Shown one piece after another: positions 23,741 through 36,674 of a stretch of DNA of 64,000 nucleotides. The position numbers and the translations under genes are program-made. The stretch lies in the NCBI RefSeq assembly GCF_963921235.1, contig NC_086101.1:8992001-9056000 (forward strand). The letters are read 5' to 3'. The notes beneath the pieces were generated by a model, which was not told where the DNA came from, ran no database searches, and saw only the letters and a program-made list of their open reading frames with translations. This stretch comes from Mobula hypostoma (taxonomy: Eukaryota). Numbering within the stretch: the first letter of the stretch is position 1; each line of letters opens with the position of its first letter.

Positions 23741-26194
23741 AATTGCTCCAGTTATTCGCTCTCACTCTCTGCTTTCACTCGGTCGGGACGGATTGTGTCA
23801 ACAGATGCCAAGTGTATTCAGTAGCAGCCGCGGGCTACAGGTCCGGAGCTGCCCGGGTCGTAAAGTCCACCTACAATGTGACAGGTTAAGTTGGACAAGC
23901 GGTGGTGGTGCTGACTGGGAAGGTCAAGGTGAATGTTAGGGAATGGCCAGGCAACGCTGGAAACACACAAAGCGCCGGAGATTCTCAGCGAGACAGACAG
24001 GATGGGAATGGGAAATGAACAGTTACCATTTCGGCTCCAGACCCTTCATCTGGGCTGAAAGAAAGAGGGGAGATGGTTGGTACAGAAAGGTGGTGGAAGA
24101 GCTGGCAGCTGATCCAGATGAGGGAGGGGTGGAGTGTGGGAATGTGTCAGAAGCCCGGAGGGGAGAGCTGGCAGAGCCAAGGATGATGCAATCTGGTCGG
24201 AGGAAGGTGGAGTCTGGAACAAAGGGAGGGAGGGGGAGGAGTGTGTGGGGGATGGGCAGATGGAGAGGGTGGGGGAGGAGGGGAAAGAGAGAGGGTGATG
24301 GAGGCTGATGGATCACGAAGAGAGAAAATTAAAAGGAAAAGTGACAGAGGGGGAGCAACTACCGGAAGTCAGAGAATTCAATGTTCATGCCGGCAGGTTT
24401 CAGACTGCCCCAGTGGAACATGAGGAGCGGTTCCTCTAATTGATGAGACAAGATCACAACGGGTGCCCACGTGGAATCAGTTATTCTGTTTTCGACCCGT
24501 GTTATCCCCAGGAAATGCAGGAACAACAGTAACAGGTCAGTCAGGATCCACGGCGAGAGACACGGAGTTTGCGTTCCACGTCCATGACATCTTCATTCAA
24601 ACGCTGCCTGGCCTCTGCGGAGTTCAAGTATTTTCTGTTTAGTTTTAGTTTTTCAAGCATCTGATTCAAATAAACGAACAAGCAAACAACAACAAATGGA
24701 TCTGACACACGAGAGTCTGCAGACGCTGGAAATCCCGAGCAACACAAAGTGCTGGAGGAACTCGGCGGGTCCGGCTGCATTTATGGAAGGAATAAACAGA
24801 CGATGTTTCCCGCCGAGAACCTTCATCGGGACTGGGCAGGAGGGGGGATAAAGTCGGAATAAGGCGGGGGAGGGTAAGGAGTACAAATGACATGTGAAAG
24901 ATACACCAGGTGAGTCGGGTGGGGGATTGGGGGAGGGAGCATGAAGGGAGAAGCTGGGAGGTGACAGGTGGACAAGGTGAAGGGCTGAAGAGACTCTGAT
25001 GGTTTTTTTTCCGGCTCTTCCTGCAGTACCGGTTCCCAGCAGCAGGTGGGGATCCTCGCCGCGAAACTGATCTTTGCACAGCTCGCTATCCCCATCTCCT
25101 GGTTGAAAGCGGTACCGCCATGAACTGAACGTCCAAACATTTATCAGCCGGATTGGCGGAATCCCGAGTTCAGAGCATTAACAACGATGTCTGAAGTTGA
25201 GGGTCACATGGTGGCGTACCCCTTTCCTCTCTTAACCCACCTCCCATGTGATCCTCAACCTCAGTCCTTTCCCCTCACTCACTCTCCAGCCCTGTCAAAC
25301 TGACTGGGCGACAAAAGACCCCCATGCAGGTATCAAAGGTCACACGCGGTTCTCAGTGTGGGTTTCTTTCTGCCCCTCCGTCACTCAGTGTTCCAGTGCC
25401 TCTTTCGCCCCATCCATCACTCAGCCTCGCTCAGATGATCATTTGCGACAGTTGTGTCACCCGAGTAAGGATTGTGTCTTCCACTTGGGTGGGAAGGAGA
25501 GCCCAATGCAGGGGTCACGGGAAGGAACCACGTAGCAAACAGGGTGCAGCAAAGGGAGGGGTGGGCAAGTGTTGGAGGCATGCGGTCTGAGGAAGGGTGC
25601 ACAGAAGGTAAGGGACAGGGGGAACCCCGAGGGAGAGGACAAGAGGGATCAAAGTTGAGGGAGGTTCAGATGAAACTGTGTGTAAGTGCAAGTGATGACA
25701 ATGTCTGAGCTCACGTGTCTGTGTGTGTGCGTGTGGCAGAGAAAGAGAGAGAAAGCCTGAGACATCTCCTCTGCTTTCCAGGTAGATGCAGGATCAGCAC
25801 TGGTCCAATTTTTCCATCTGTTTCAAAACAAATAGAAAGATGCTCGCTGGGGCAAAGTCTTCCGCACTGACACGTTAACCACTTGGTCCCAGCCTCACTT
25901 ACTGGGAGGCGGTCATCTGTAATCGCTTCTCTAGTCAAACTATCTACATATATCTTGTCAAAACATTATTCCGTCTGGGTAGCCTCCAACCTGATGGCAA
26001 GAACATCAATTTCTTGAAATTCCGGTAATGGACACACCATCACCATTCCCCATTCCCATTTCGCTCTCTCACCTTGCTTCCTTTCCTGCCCATCACATCC
26101 CTCTGGTGCTCCTCCACCTCCCCTTTCTTCCATGGCCTTCTGTCCTCTACCAGATTCCTCCTTCTCCAGCCCTTTAACAATGTCACCAGTCTCT

Positions 26195-26833
26195 TTCTGG
26201 CATTTATAGCGAGAGGATTCGAGTACAGGAGCAGGGAGTTACTACTGCAGTTGTACAAGGCCTTGGTGAGACCACACCTGGAGTATTGTGTGCAGTTTTG
26301 GTCCCCTAATCTGAGGAAAGACATCTTTGCCATAGAGGGAGTACAAAGAAGGTTCACCAGATTGATTCCTGGGATGGCAGGTCTTTCATATGAAGAAAGA
26401 CTGGATGAACTGGGCTTGTACTCGTTGGAATTTAGAAGATTGAGGGGGGATCTGATTGAAACGTATAAGATCCTAAAGGGATTGGACAGGCTAGATGCGG
26501 GAAGATTATTCCCGATGTTGGGGAGGTCCAGAACGAGGGGTCACAGTTTGAGAATAGAGGGGAAGCCTTTTAGGACCGAGATTAGGAAAAACTTCTTCAC
26601 ACAGAGAGTGGTGAATCTGTGGAATTCTCTGCCACAGCAAACTGTTGAGGCCAGTTCATTGGCTATGTTTAAGAGGGAGTTAGATATGGCCCTTGTGGCT
26701 ACAGGGGTGAGGGGGTATGGAGGGAAGGCTGGGTTCTGAGTTGGATGATCAGCCATGATCATAATAAATGGCGGTGCAGGCTCGAAGGGCCGAATGGCCT
26801 ACTCCTGCACCTATTTTCTATGTTTCTATGTTT
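26195..26833 (+). mobile_element. CR1 family A 3' fragment inserted in Penelope-derived sequence
   Basis: LAFIARGFEYRSRE...GYGGKAGF*; tail CTATGTTTCTATGTTT. Confidence 0.9.
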
Positions 26834-27522
26834 CCCAGCTCTTTATTCGCCACTCCCCCTCTCCTGGGTTCACCGATCACCTACAACCTTGTATTTCTTC
26901 TTTCCCTCCCTTCACCTTCTTCCTCTGACTTCTCATCTTTTTTTCTCCAGTCCTGACGAAGATCTGATCTTCTCTTGCTTGAAGCTTTGGTGAGGTCACG
27001 TTTGGAGTGTTGTGGAGACACAAGAGGCAGCAGAGACAGGGCTTTGATGCAGAATCTCAGCCTGAAACATCGACTATCACTTTTCCAGTGGAGATGCCAC
27101 CCGACCTGCTGAGTTCCTCTATCGGCTTCTTTTTGTCTTTGGAGTACCGAGTATTTTTCTGCGCATTGTATGCTTGACGGTCTTCTTTCTTTTGGGTTCT
27201 ATTGGGTTTCTTTATTTTGTGGCTGCCAGTGAGGAGGCAGGAAAAGGGAGGCGGGGTGTGCGGGATATAGAGTGTATGCAGAAAGGTGGGGTTAGTTTAA
27301 TTTGGTCTCATGGTCTGCACAGACACAGGTGGACCAGGTTACTGAGGGAACTGGGAAAATACATTGTGAAGGCTCTGACCACAAAGAGTAAACAAGGGTG
27401 GATTCAGCTCTCTGACCCGAGGAGAATCAGACAGAGAGAGGAGTACAGTGAAGAGAGAAATCAAGAGAATAGGAGGAGAACACACGATACCTCTGCAGAT
27501 AATTTGAATGATAATTTGGATT

Positions 27523-28978
27523 AGTTCCCGAGGATTGGAGGGTGGCTAATGTAACCCCACTTTTTAGAAAAGAAGTGAGAGAGAAACTGGGGCATTATAG
27601 ACCCCGGTTAGCCTAACATCGGTGGTGGTGATCGGTGGAAAATGCTAGAGTCAGTTATCAAATATGAGATAACAGCACATTTGGAAAGCAGTGAAATGAT
27701 CGGACAAAGTCAGCATGGATTTGTGAAAGGAAAATCATGTCTGACGAATCTTACTAGAATTTTTTGAGGATGTAACTAGTAGAGTGGATAGGGGAGAAAA
27801 AAACTGTTGACAAGGTCCCACACAGGAGAATAGTGTGTAAAATTAAAACACAAAGTATTGGGGGTATGGTATTGATGTGGATAGAGAATTGGTTGGCAGA
27901 CAGGAAGCAAAGAGTGGGAATAAACGGGACCTTTTCAGAATAGCAGGCAGTGACTAGTGGGGTATCGCAAGGCTCAGTGCTGAGACCCCAGTTGTTTACA
28001 AAATATATTAATGATTTAGATGAGGGAATTAAATGCAGCATCTCCAAGTTTGCGGATGACATGAAGCTGGGTGGCAGTGTTAGCTGTGAGGAGGATGCTA
28101 AGAGGATGCAGGGTGACTTGGATAGGTTAGGTGAGTGGGCAAATTCATGGCAGATGCAATTTAATGTGGATAAATGTGAGGTTATCCACTTTGGTGGCAA
28201 GAACAGGAAAACAGATTATTATCTGAATGGTGGCCGATTAGGAAAAGGGGAGGTGCAACGAGACCTGGGTGTCATTGTACACCAGTCATTGAAAGTGGGC
28301 ATGCAGGTACAACAGGCAGTGAAAAAGGCGAACGGTATGCTGACATTCATAGCAAGAGGGTTCGAGTACAGGAGCAGGGAGGTACTACTGCACTTGTACG
28401 ACGCCTTGGTGAGACCACACCTAGAGTATTGTGTGCAGTTTTGGTCCCCTAATCTGAGGAAAGACATACTTGCCATAGAGGGAGTACAAAGAAGGTTCAC
28501 CAGATTGATTCCTGGGATGGCAGGACTTTCACATGATGAAAGACAGGATCGACTAGGCTTATACTCGTTGGAATTTAGAAGATTGAGGGGGGATCTTATT
28601 GAAATGTATAAAATTCTAAAGGGATTGGACAGGCTAGATGTAGGAAGATTGTTCCTGATGTTGGGGAAGTCCAGAATGAGGGGTCACAGTTTAAGGATAA
28701 AGGGGAAGCCTTTTAGGACCGAGATGAGGAAAAACTTCTTCACACAGAGAGTGGTGAATCTGCGAAATTCTCTGCCACAGGAAACAGTTGAGGCCAGTTC
28801 ATTAGCTATATTTAAGAGGGAGTTAGATATGGCCCTTGTGGCTACAAGGATCGGGGGTATGGGGAGAGGGCAGGTACAGGGCTCTGAGTTGGATGATCAG
28901 CCATGATCATACTGAAAGGCGGTGCAGGCTCGAAGGGCCAAATGGCCTACTCCTGCACCTATTTTCTATGTTTCTATG
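27523..28978 (+). mobile_element. CR1 family A, 5'-truncated
   Basis: 318-aa RT C-terminal ORF 27950-28906; same 3' UTR and tail as other family A copies. Confidence 0.9.
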
Positions 28979-29299
28979 ACATTCATGAGGGGCTACAGGC
29001 ACATTGAGATTTAACGAGTAATTAGTGAGAGAACAGATTTCCTTAAGCGCTGATGTGGTTATCAACCGGTGGATCAGCTCGGGAGGGGAGTGGTCCGAAA
29101 TCAATATTTCCCATCCCTATTTCCCAGGGAAAACATCATGGGATCCACGGAATGAAGAAGAATGAACATCAACATCATGGAAAATCTCACATTACAAAAG
29201 AGTAGGTGCTGATGATGTGAAAGCCAGCTGAGGTGGATAAATCCCCAGAGCCTGATCAAGGGCATGCGAAGACATCAGGAGTAGGTCCACCCTATTACC

Positions 29300-29800
29300 A
29301 CAATTTTTGGGTTACCAATGATAGAACTAAACCATCTAACCTCTTCAGCTCGTCGGATGATTGCATTTCTTACACTAATGGCTGGAAGATCCATTTTGCT
29401 GAACTGGAAAGAGATCAATCCTCCCACACATTTCATTGGCTCTCTCAAACTATGTTGTGTTTAAACTTGGAAAAAAATTAGAGGTGTAATATATGATCCC
29501 TCTATTAAATTCAAAAAGACATGGAAGCCACTTATTCAACACTTCCATACGATGTAATTTGAACTTTTCCAAACCTATTCTGTTTCTTTTTAATATACAT
29601 CGAGATGAGCGGAGTCGACGACACTAATGGTTCCTTTTTTTTGACGTTACACAACAGTCCATGTCTTTTTCTTTCTTTAGTTTAGGTGGTTAGCATTGTT
29701 TAGATTAGTTTTTCTATTGGGTAAATATTTTTTTTCATTTTTCATGTTTTTTTTTGGTATATTATATTTGTATCTTGTGCGATTGGGAGGTTTTATCCCT
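29300..29800 (+). mobile_element. L1-clade ORF2 C-terminus and T-rich 3' UTR relic
   Basis: RRMIAFLTLMAGRSILLNWKEINPP..HWLSQTMLCLNLEK...KFKKTWKPLIQHF*. Confidence 0.6.
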
Positions 29801-31709
29801 GTGGGCCAACTGGGTTTGTAGACAATAGACAATAGGTACAGGAGTAGGCCATTCAGCCCTTTGAGCCAGCTCCACCATTCACTGTGATCATGGCTGATCA
29901 CCCACAATCAGTACCCTTTTCCTGCCTTCTCCCCATATTCCTTCACTCCGCTATCTTTAAGAGCTCTATCCAACGCTTTTTTGAAAGAATGCAGAGAATT
30001 GGCCTCCACTGCCTTCTGAGGCAGAGCATTCCACAGAACCACAACCCACTGTGGAATTTATATTTAAATATGTTGGGTTTTCTATGTTTCTATTAAATGT
30101 GCAGCAAATTCAGAAATCAAAGGTGGAGAGAGAGGGTGCAGGGTGGCTCAAGGACACAACTTGAGAAGGGCTGGAAGGACAATCTGGGAAACTCCAGGCC
30201 GCTGAGCCTCACAGCTGTGATGGGAAAATTTCTGAGAGACAGGATCAGATTGAGTTTGACCAGAAAACCAAAGAACATAGGAGCAGAATTACGCCATTCG
30301 GTCCATCAAGTCTACTCTGTCAATGCATCATGGCTGACTTATTTACCCTCTCAATCCTATTCTCCTGCCTTCTCCCGACAATCTGACACCCTTACTAATC
30401 AAGAAGCCATCAACCTCAACTTTAAATATACTCAATGACTTGGCCCCCACATCTCTGTGACAATGAATTCTATTTTCACAATCTAATAACTAAAGAAATT
30501 CCCCATCACCAATGTACAAAAGGGATGTATTTGTATTATGGGTCTGTGCCCCTTGGTCCTAGACTCTCCCACTATCGGAGACATCCTTTCCAACTCCACT
30601 CTCTATAGGCCATCCAGTATTTGACTGGTCACAATGAGATAACTCATTATTTTTCTAAACTCCAGCAAATGCAGGCACAGAACCATCAAATGCTTCTTCT
30701 AACTAACCCGTTCTTTACCAGGATCATTTTTCACAACTACCTCTGGACCCTCTCCAATGTCTCTTGAAAGATCCAATCATATCTGCCTCCACCACCGTCG
30801 CCGGCAGCCCGTTCCACGCACTCAGCACTCTCTGAGTAAAAACTTACCCCACCCTCTCCTCTGTACCTACTTGAAAGCACCTTTATTCCTTCGATACCTT
30901 TATTCCCTCTACCAATGTGCATGACCATGTACTTCCTGACACTATATTCCAGCTACCACTTCTCGGACATTTTGCAATCTAAGGCCTACTGCAGACTCCC
31001 TGTTTCCTCAACACTACCAACCCCTCCAGCTATCTTTGTATTGTCCACAAAACCAGCAATTCTGCCATCCATATCAGTGACAAACAAAATGAAAAGAAGC
31101 GGTCCCAACACCGACCCCTGCGGACACCACTCGTCACCGACACCCGACTAGTAAAGGACCTCTTTATTCCCCCTCTTTATCTCCTGAGAGTCAGTCAATC
31201 TTCTATCCGTGCTGGTATCTTTCCTGTAATTCCATGGACTCTCATCTTGTTTAGCAGCCTCATGTGCGGCTCCTTGTCAAATGTCTTCTGAACATCCGAG
31301 TAAACAACGTCTATTGACTCTTCTTTGTCTATACTTCCTGTTATTTCCTCAAAGAATGCAACTGATTGGTCAGGCAAGATTTCTCCTGAAGGAAAAATCA
31401 TGCTGATTTCAACCTATCATGTGCCTTCAATTACTCTGAAACCTCATCCTGGGAGAGGACCATAGACGAGACTCCTTCTGCTACCACACATGGAGGGCCT
31501 GGGTCAGGTGGGGAAGCCCCACAAACACTGAAATTTGTAACATCCCCGAGGCGATCTGAATGGCAATGGTTTAATCAGTGTCAACACTACTGAATGTATT
31601 GACCATATGACATTAAGAATGTCAAATATCATTTGAACTGTTTTAAACTTTTGTAGATATTTTATTATAAATAAAGCTTAATTTTTTAAAACACAAGTTT
31701 ACCTTTGCA

Positions 31710-34700
31710 GAACACACAAAATGCTGGAGGAATTCAGCAGGCCAGGCAGCATCTAAGGAAAAGAGTACAGTCAACGTTTCGGGCCGAGGCCCTTCATCAA
31801 GACCAGAGAGAAACAGATGAGGAGTCAGGGTTAAAAGTTGGGGGAGGGGAGGGAGAAACACAAGGTGAGAGGTAAAACCGGGAAGTGGGGAGGGGTGAAG
31901 TAAAGAGCTGGGAAGTTGATTAGTGAAAGAGATACAGGGCTGGAGAAGGGGAAATCTAATAGGAGAGGACAGAAGGGCACGGAAGAAAGAAAAGGGGGAG
32001 GAGCACCAGAGGGAGGCGATGGGCAGGCAAGGAGATAAAGTGAGAGAGGGAAAAGGGGACAGGGAATGGTGAAAGAGGGGCTGAGAAGTCGATGTTCATG
32101 CCATCAGGATGGAGGATACCCATGTAGAATATAAGGTGTTGTTCCTCCAACCTGAGCATGGCCTCATCACCACGGATTGAAATGTCAGAATGGGAATGGG
32201 AAGTTTAATTAAAATGGGTGGCCACTGGGAGATAGAAACATAGAAACAAAGAAAATAGGTGCAGGAGTAGGCCATTCGGCCCTTCGAGCCTGCACCGCCA
32301 TTTATTATGATCATGGCTGATCATCCAACTCAGAACCCAGCCCCAACCTTCCCTCCATACCCCCTGACCCCCGTAGCCACAAGGGCCATATCTAACTCCC
32401 TCTTAAATATAGCCAATGAACTGGCCTCAACAGTTTCCTGTGGCAGAGAATTCCACAGATTCACCACTCTCTGTGTGAAGAAGTTTTTCCTAATCTCGGT
32501 CCTAAAAGGCTTCACCTCTATCCTCAAACTGTGACCCCTCGTTCTGGACTTCCCCAACATCGGGAACAATCTTCCTGCATCTAGCCTGTCCAATCCCTTT
32601 AGGATCTTATACGTTTCAATCAGATCCCCCCCTCAATCTTCTAAATTCCAACGAGTACAAGCCCAATTCATCCAGTCTTTCTTCATATGAAAGTCCCGCC
32701 ATCCCAGGAATCAATCTGGTGAACCTTCTTTGTACTCCCTCTATGGCAAAGATGTCTTTCCTCAGATTAGGGGACCAAAACTGCACACAATACTCCAGGT
32801 GTGGTCTCACCAAGGCCTTGTACAACTGCAGTAGTACCTCCCTGCTCCTGTACTCGAATCCTCTCGCTATAAATGCCAGCATACCATTCACCTTTTTCAC
32901 CGCCTGCTGTACCTGCATGCCCACTTTCAATGACTGGTGTATAATGACACCCAGGTCTCGTTGCACCTCCCCTTTTCCTAATCGGCCGCCATTCATTTAA
33001 TAATCTGTTTTCCTATTTTTGCCACCAAAGTGGATAACTTCACATTTATCCACATTAAATTGCATCTGCCATGAATTTGCCCACTCACCCAACCTATCCA
33101 AGTCACCCTGCATCCTCTTAGCATCCTCCTCACTGCTAACACTGCCACCCAGCTTCGTGTCATCCGCAAACTTGAAGATGCTGCATTTAATTCCCTCATC
33201 CAAGTCATTAATATATATTGTAAACAACTGGGGTCCCAGCACTGAGCCTTGCGGTACCCCACTAGTTACCGCCTGCCATTCTGAAAAGGTCCCGTTTATT
33301 CCCACTCTTTGCTTCCTGTCTGCTAACCAATTCTCCACCCACACCAATACCTTACCCCCAATACCGTGTGCTTTAAGTTTGCACACGAATCTCCTGTGTG
33401 GGACCTTGTCAAAAGCCTTTTGAAAATCCAAATATACCACATCCACTGGTTCTCCCCTATCCACTCTACTAGTTACATCCTCAAAAAATTCTATGAGATT
33501 CGTCAGACATGATTTTCCTTTCACAAATCCATGCTGACTTTGTCCGATCATTTCACCGCTTTCCAAATGTGCTGTTATCACATCCTTGATAACTGACTCC
33601 AGCAGTTTCCCCACCACCGACGTTAGGCTAACCGGTCTATAATTCCCCGGATTCTCTCTCCCTCCTTTTTTAAAAAGTGGGGTTACATTAGCCACCCTCC
33701 AATCCTCAGGAATTAGTCCAGAATCTAATGAGTTTTGAAAAATTATCACTAATGCATCCACTATTTCTTGGGCTACTTCTTTAAGCACTCTAGGATGCAG
33801 ACCATCTGGCCCTGGGGATTTATCTGCCTTCAATCCCTTCAATTTACCTAACACCACTTACCTATTAACATGTATTTCGCTCAGTTCCTCCGTCCCACTG
33901 GACCCTCTGTCCCTTACTATTTCTGGAAGATTATTTATGTCCTCCTTAGTGAAGACAGAACCAAAGTAACTATTCAATTGGTCTGCCATGTCCTTGCTCC
34001 CCATAATCAATTCACCTGTTTCTGTCTGCAGGGGACCTACATTTCTCTTTACCAGTCTTTTCCTTTTTACATATCTATAAAAGCTTTTACAGTCCGTTTT
34101 TATGTTCCCTGCCAGTTTTCTCTCATAATCTTTTTTCCCCTTCCTAATTAAGCCCTTTGTCCTCCTCTGCTGAACTCTGAATTTCTCCCAGTCCTCAGGT
34201 GAGCCACTTTCTCTGGCTAATTTGTATGCTTCTTCTTTGGAATTGATACTATCCCTAATTTCTCTTGTCAGCCACGGGTGCACTACCTTCCCTGATTTAT
34301 TCTTTTGCCAAACTGGGATGAACAATTGTTGTAGTTCATCCATGCAACCTTTAAATCCTGCTTTTTCTGGCAAATGTAGCACAGGTGCTTGGCGAAGCAG
34401 CCTGCCAATCTGTGTCAGGTCTCACTGACGTACAGGAGGCCACACCAGGAACACCAGACACAGTACGTGACCCCAACAGACTCAAAGGTGAAGTGTCACC
34501 TCACCTGGAGGAACTGTTTGGGACCCTGAATGGTAGTGAGGGAAGATGTGTAGGGCCAGGTGTAGCACATGTTCCGTTTGCCAGGAGGGAGATCAGTGGG
34601 GAGGGGGCGAATAGACAAGGGAGTCGTGTATGGGGAGAACCCTGCGGAAAGCAGAAAGCGAGGGGGAGGGAAAGATGTGCTTGGCAGGGGGATCCTGTTG

Positions 34701-36085
34701 GAGATGATGGAAGTTACGGAGAATTATGTGCTGGACACAGAGGTTGGTGGGTGGCAGGTGAAGACAAGAGGAACCCTATCCCTGGTGGGGTGGCGGGAGA
34801 ATGGTGTGAGAGCACACATCGTGAACTGGAAGAGATGCGGTTGACGGCAACATTGATGGTGGAGGAAGGGAAGCCCCTTTCTTTGAAGAAGGAGGATATC
34901 TCCATCTTTCTGAAAGGAAAAGCCTCTCCCTGAGAGTAGATGCCGCGGAGACAGAGGAATTGAGAGAAGGGGATGGTGTCTTTACAAGTGACAGGGTGGG
35001 AAGAGACACAGTCCAGGTAGCTGTGAGAGTCTGTGGGTTTATAATGGGCATCAGTAAATAAGCTGTCTCCAGAGACAGAGACAGTGAGGTCGAGAAAGGG
35101 AAGGGAGGTGTTGGAAATGGACCAGGTCAAGTTGAGGGCAGGGTGGAGGTTGGAGGCAAAGTTGATGAAGTCGAAGAGCTCAGAATCGGTGCAGGAAGCA
35201 ACACTAATGCAGTCATCAATGTAGCGTAGGAAAAGTGGGGGGCAGACACCAGTAACATAAACTGTTCCATGTAGCTGTAAAAAGGCAGACATAGCTGGGA
35301 TCCTTGCGAGTGCCCATGGCTACCCCTTTTGTTTGAAGGAAGTGGGAGGAGTGAAAGGAGACATTACTGAGAGTGAGGACAAGTTCTGCCAGACAGAGGA
35401 GAGTGGTGGTGCTGGAGGAGAACTGGTTGGGTCTGCTGTTCAGTAAGAAATCGAGAGCTTTGAGGCCTTCCTGGTGGGGTATGCAGGTCTATTGGTACAG
35501 GACAACCAGAGTGAAGATCAGATGATGAGGGCCAGGAAATTTGAAATCATTGAAACTGAACCAGGAGGGATAAAACAGAGTCGAGGTATGCAGATATGAG
35601 TTCAGTGGGGCAGGAAGAAGCTGAAACAATGGGTCTACCTGGACAGGCAGGTTTGTGGATCTTGGGTAAGAGGGAGAAAGGGGAGTTGCGGGAACTATGA
35701 GGTTGGAGGCAGTGGATGGGAGATCCCCAGAGCTTATAAAGTTGGTGATGGTGTGGGAGACAGTGGCCTGGTGCTGCTTAGTGGGGTCCTGTTCGAGGGG
35801 TAAGTAAGTAGGAGGTGTCTGAGAATTGTCGCTGGGTCTGAACGGTAGAGGTCAGTACGCCAGACTACTACAGCACCCCACTTACCTGCGGGTTTGAGGG
35901 TGAGGTGAGGATTAGTGCTGAGGGAGTGGAGAGCAGTGCGTTCGGAAGGAGTGAGGTTGGAATTGGAGAGAGGATTGGTGAAGTGGAGATGGTTGATGTC
36001 CCATCGGCATTTGGCAATGTAAAGATCCAGAGAAGGCAGAAGACCCGAGCGGGGTGACCAGGGAGAGGAGGAGGGTTGAAGACCG
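31710..36085 (-). mobile_element. Long Penelope-like element (RT + GIY-YIG + terminal repeat) split by CR1 at 32234-34356
   Basis: LKPAGKWGAVVVW, GVAMGT, FLRYIDDCI, HYKPTDSHSYLD, LRLEEQHLIF; hammerhead-like motif near 31770-31805. Confidence 0.82.
32234..34356 (-). mobile_element. CR1 family A inserted into a Penelope-like element
   Basis: RT ORFs 33857-32997 and 32996-32616; host reads GGCCACTGGGAGAT|CCTGCTTT across the insertion. Confidence 0.92.
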
Positions 36086-36674
36086 GAGAAGAGGTAATCG
36101 GTGCTTGTCCTCCCTCGCCCATCAGTCTGTCGGATTGCACAGGAGAGAGGTGAGAGCACCAGCGACCCATCAGCAGCCGCTGCAGCGCAGCTCCGGTCTC
36201 CCAGCAACAGGAGACGGGTTTCGGAGGCAGCTGCAGACAACAGGCCCCGATCCCCGGCGGGGAAAGGCCGGGCACCCTCCGTATAGCTGGAACATCGCAC
36301 GGAATCTCCTCACCTCCACCACGGAAAAGATTCGCAGCCCCGGTCGGTGTTGCAGCGGTTGCCCAAGGTGCAGCTGCCGATTTGCGGCCTGTCCCCGGAT
36401 CGGAGCCACTCGCTCCCGGTGGCAATGGACGGCCCACTGGGCGGGGCTCACTCCTCGGCCGATGAGAGCCGGTCCGGCTGATTGACGGACCGCCTCCGTG
36501 AGCTGCAGAGTTCAGTCCGATGGAAGCGCCGAGTTTGTGCTCAGAGTCACGGGAAGCTCCTGTCAGTAACTTTGTTTATCGCCTGTGCATGTGAACTTTG
36601 CATTAATGGACTTGGGCACAGTTCCTCCAGACCAACACCACTGACCACAAGTCAGCAGGAAGGACTCGATGTAC

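Noticed and set aside
16640..33423. Recurrent ORFs such as MNLLCTPSMA… and MPPKWITSHL… as a gene family
   Set aside because: They are antisense or alternate frames of the repeated CR1 family A RT.
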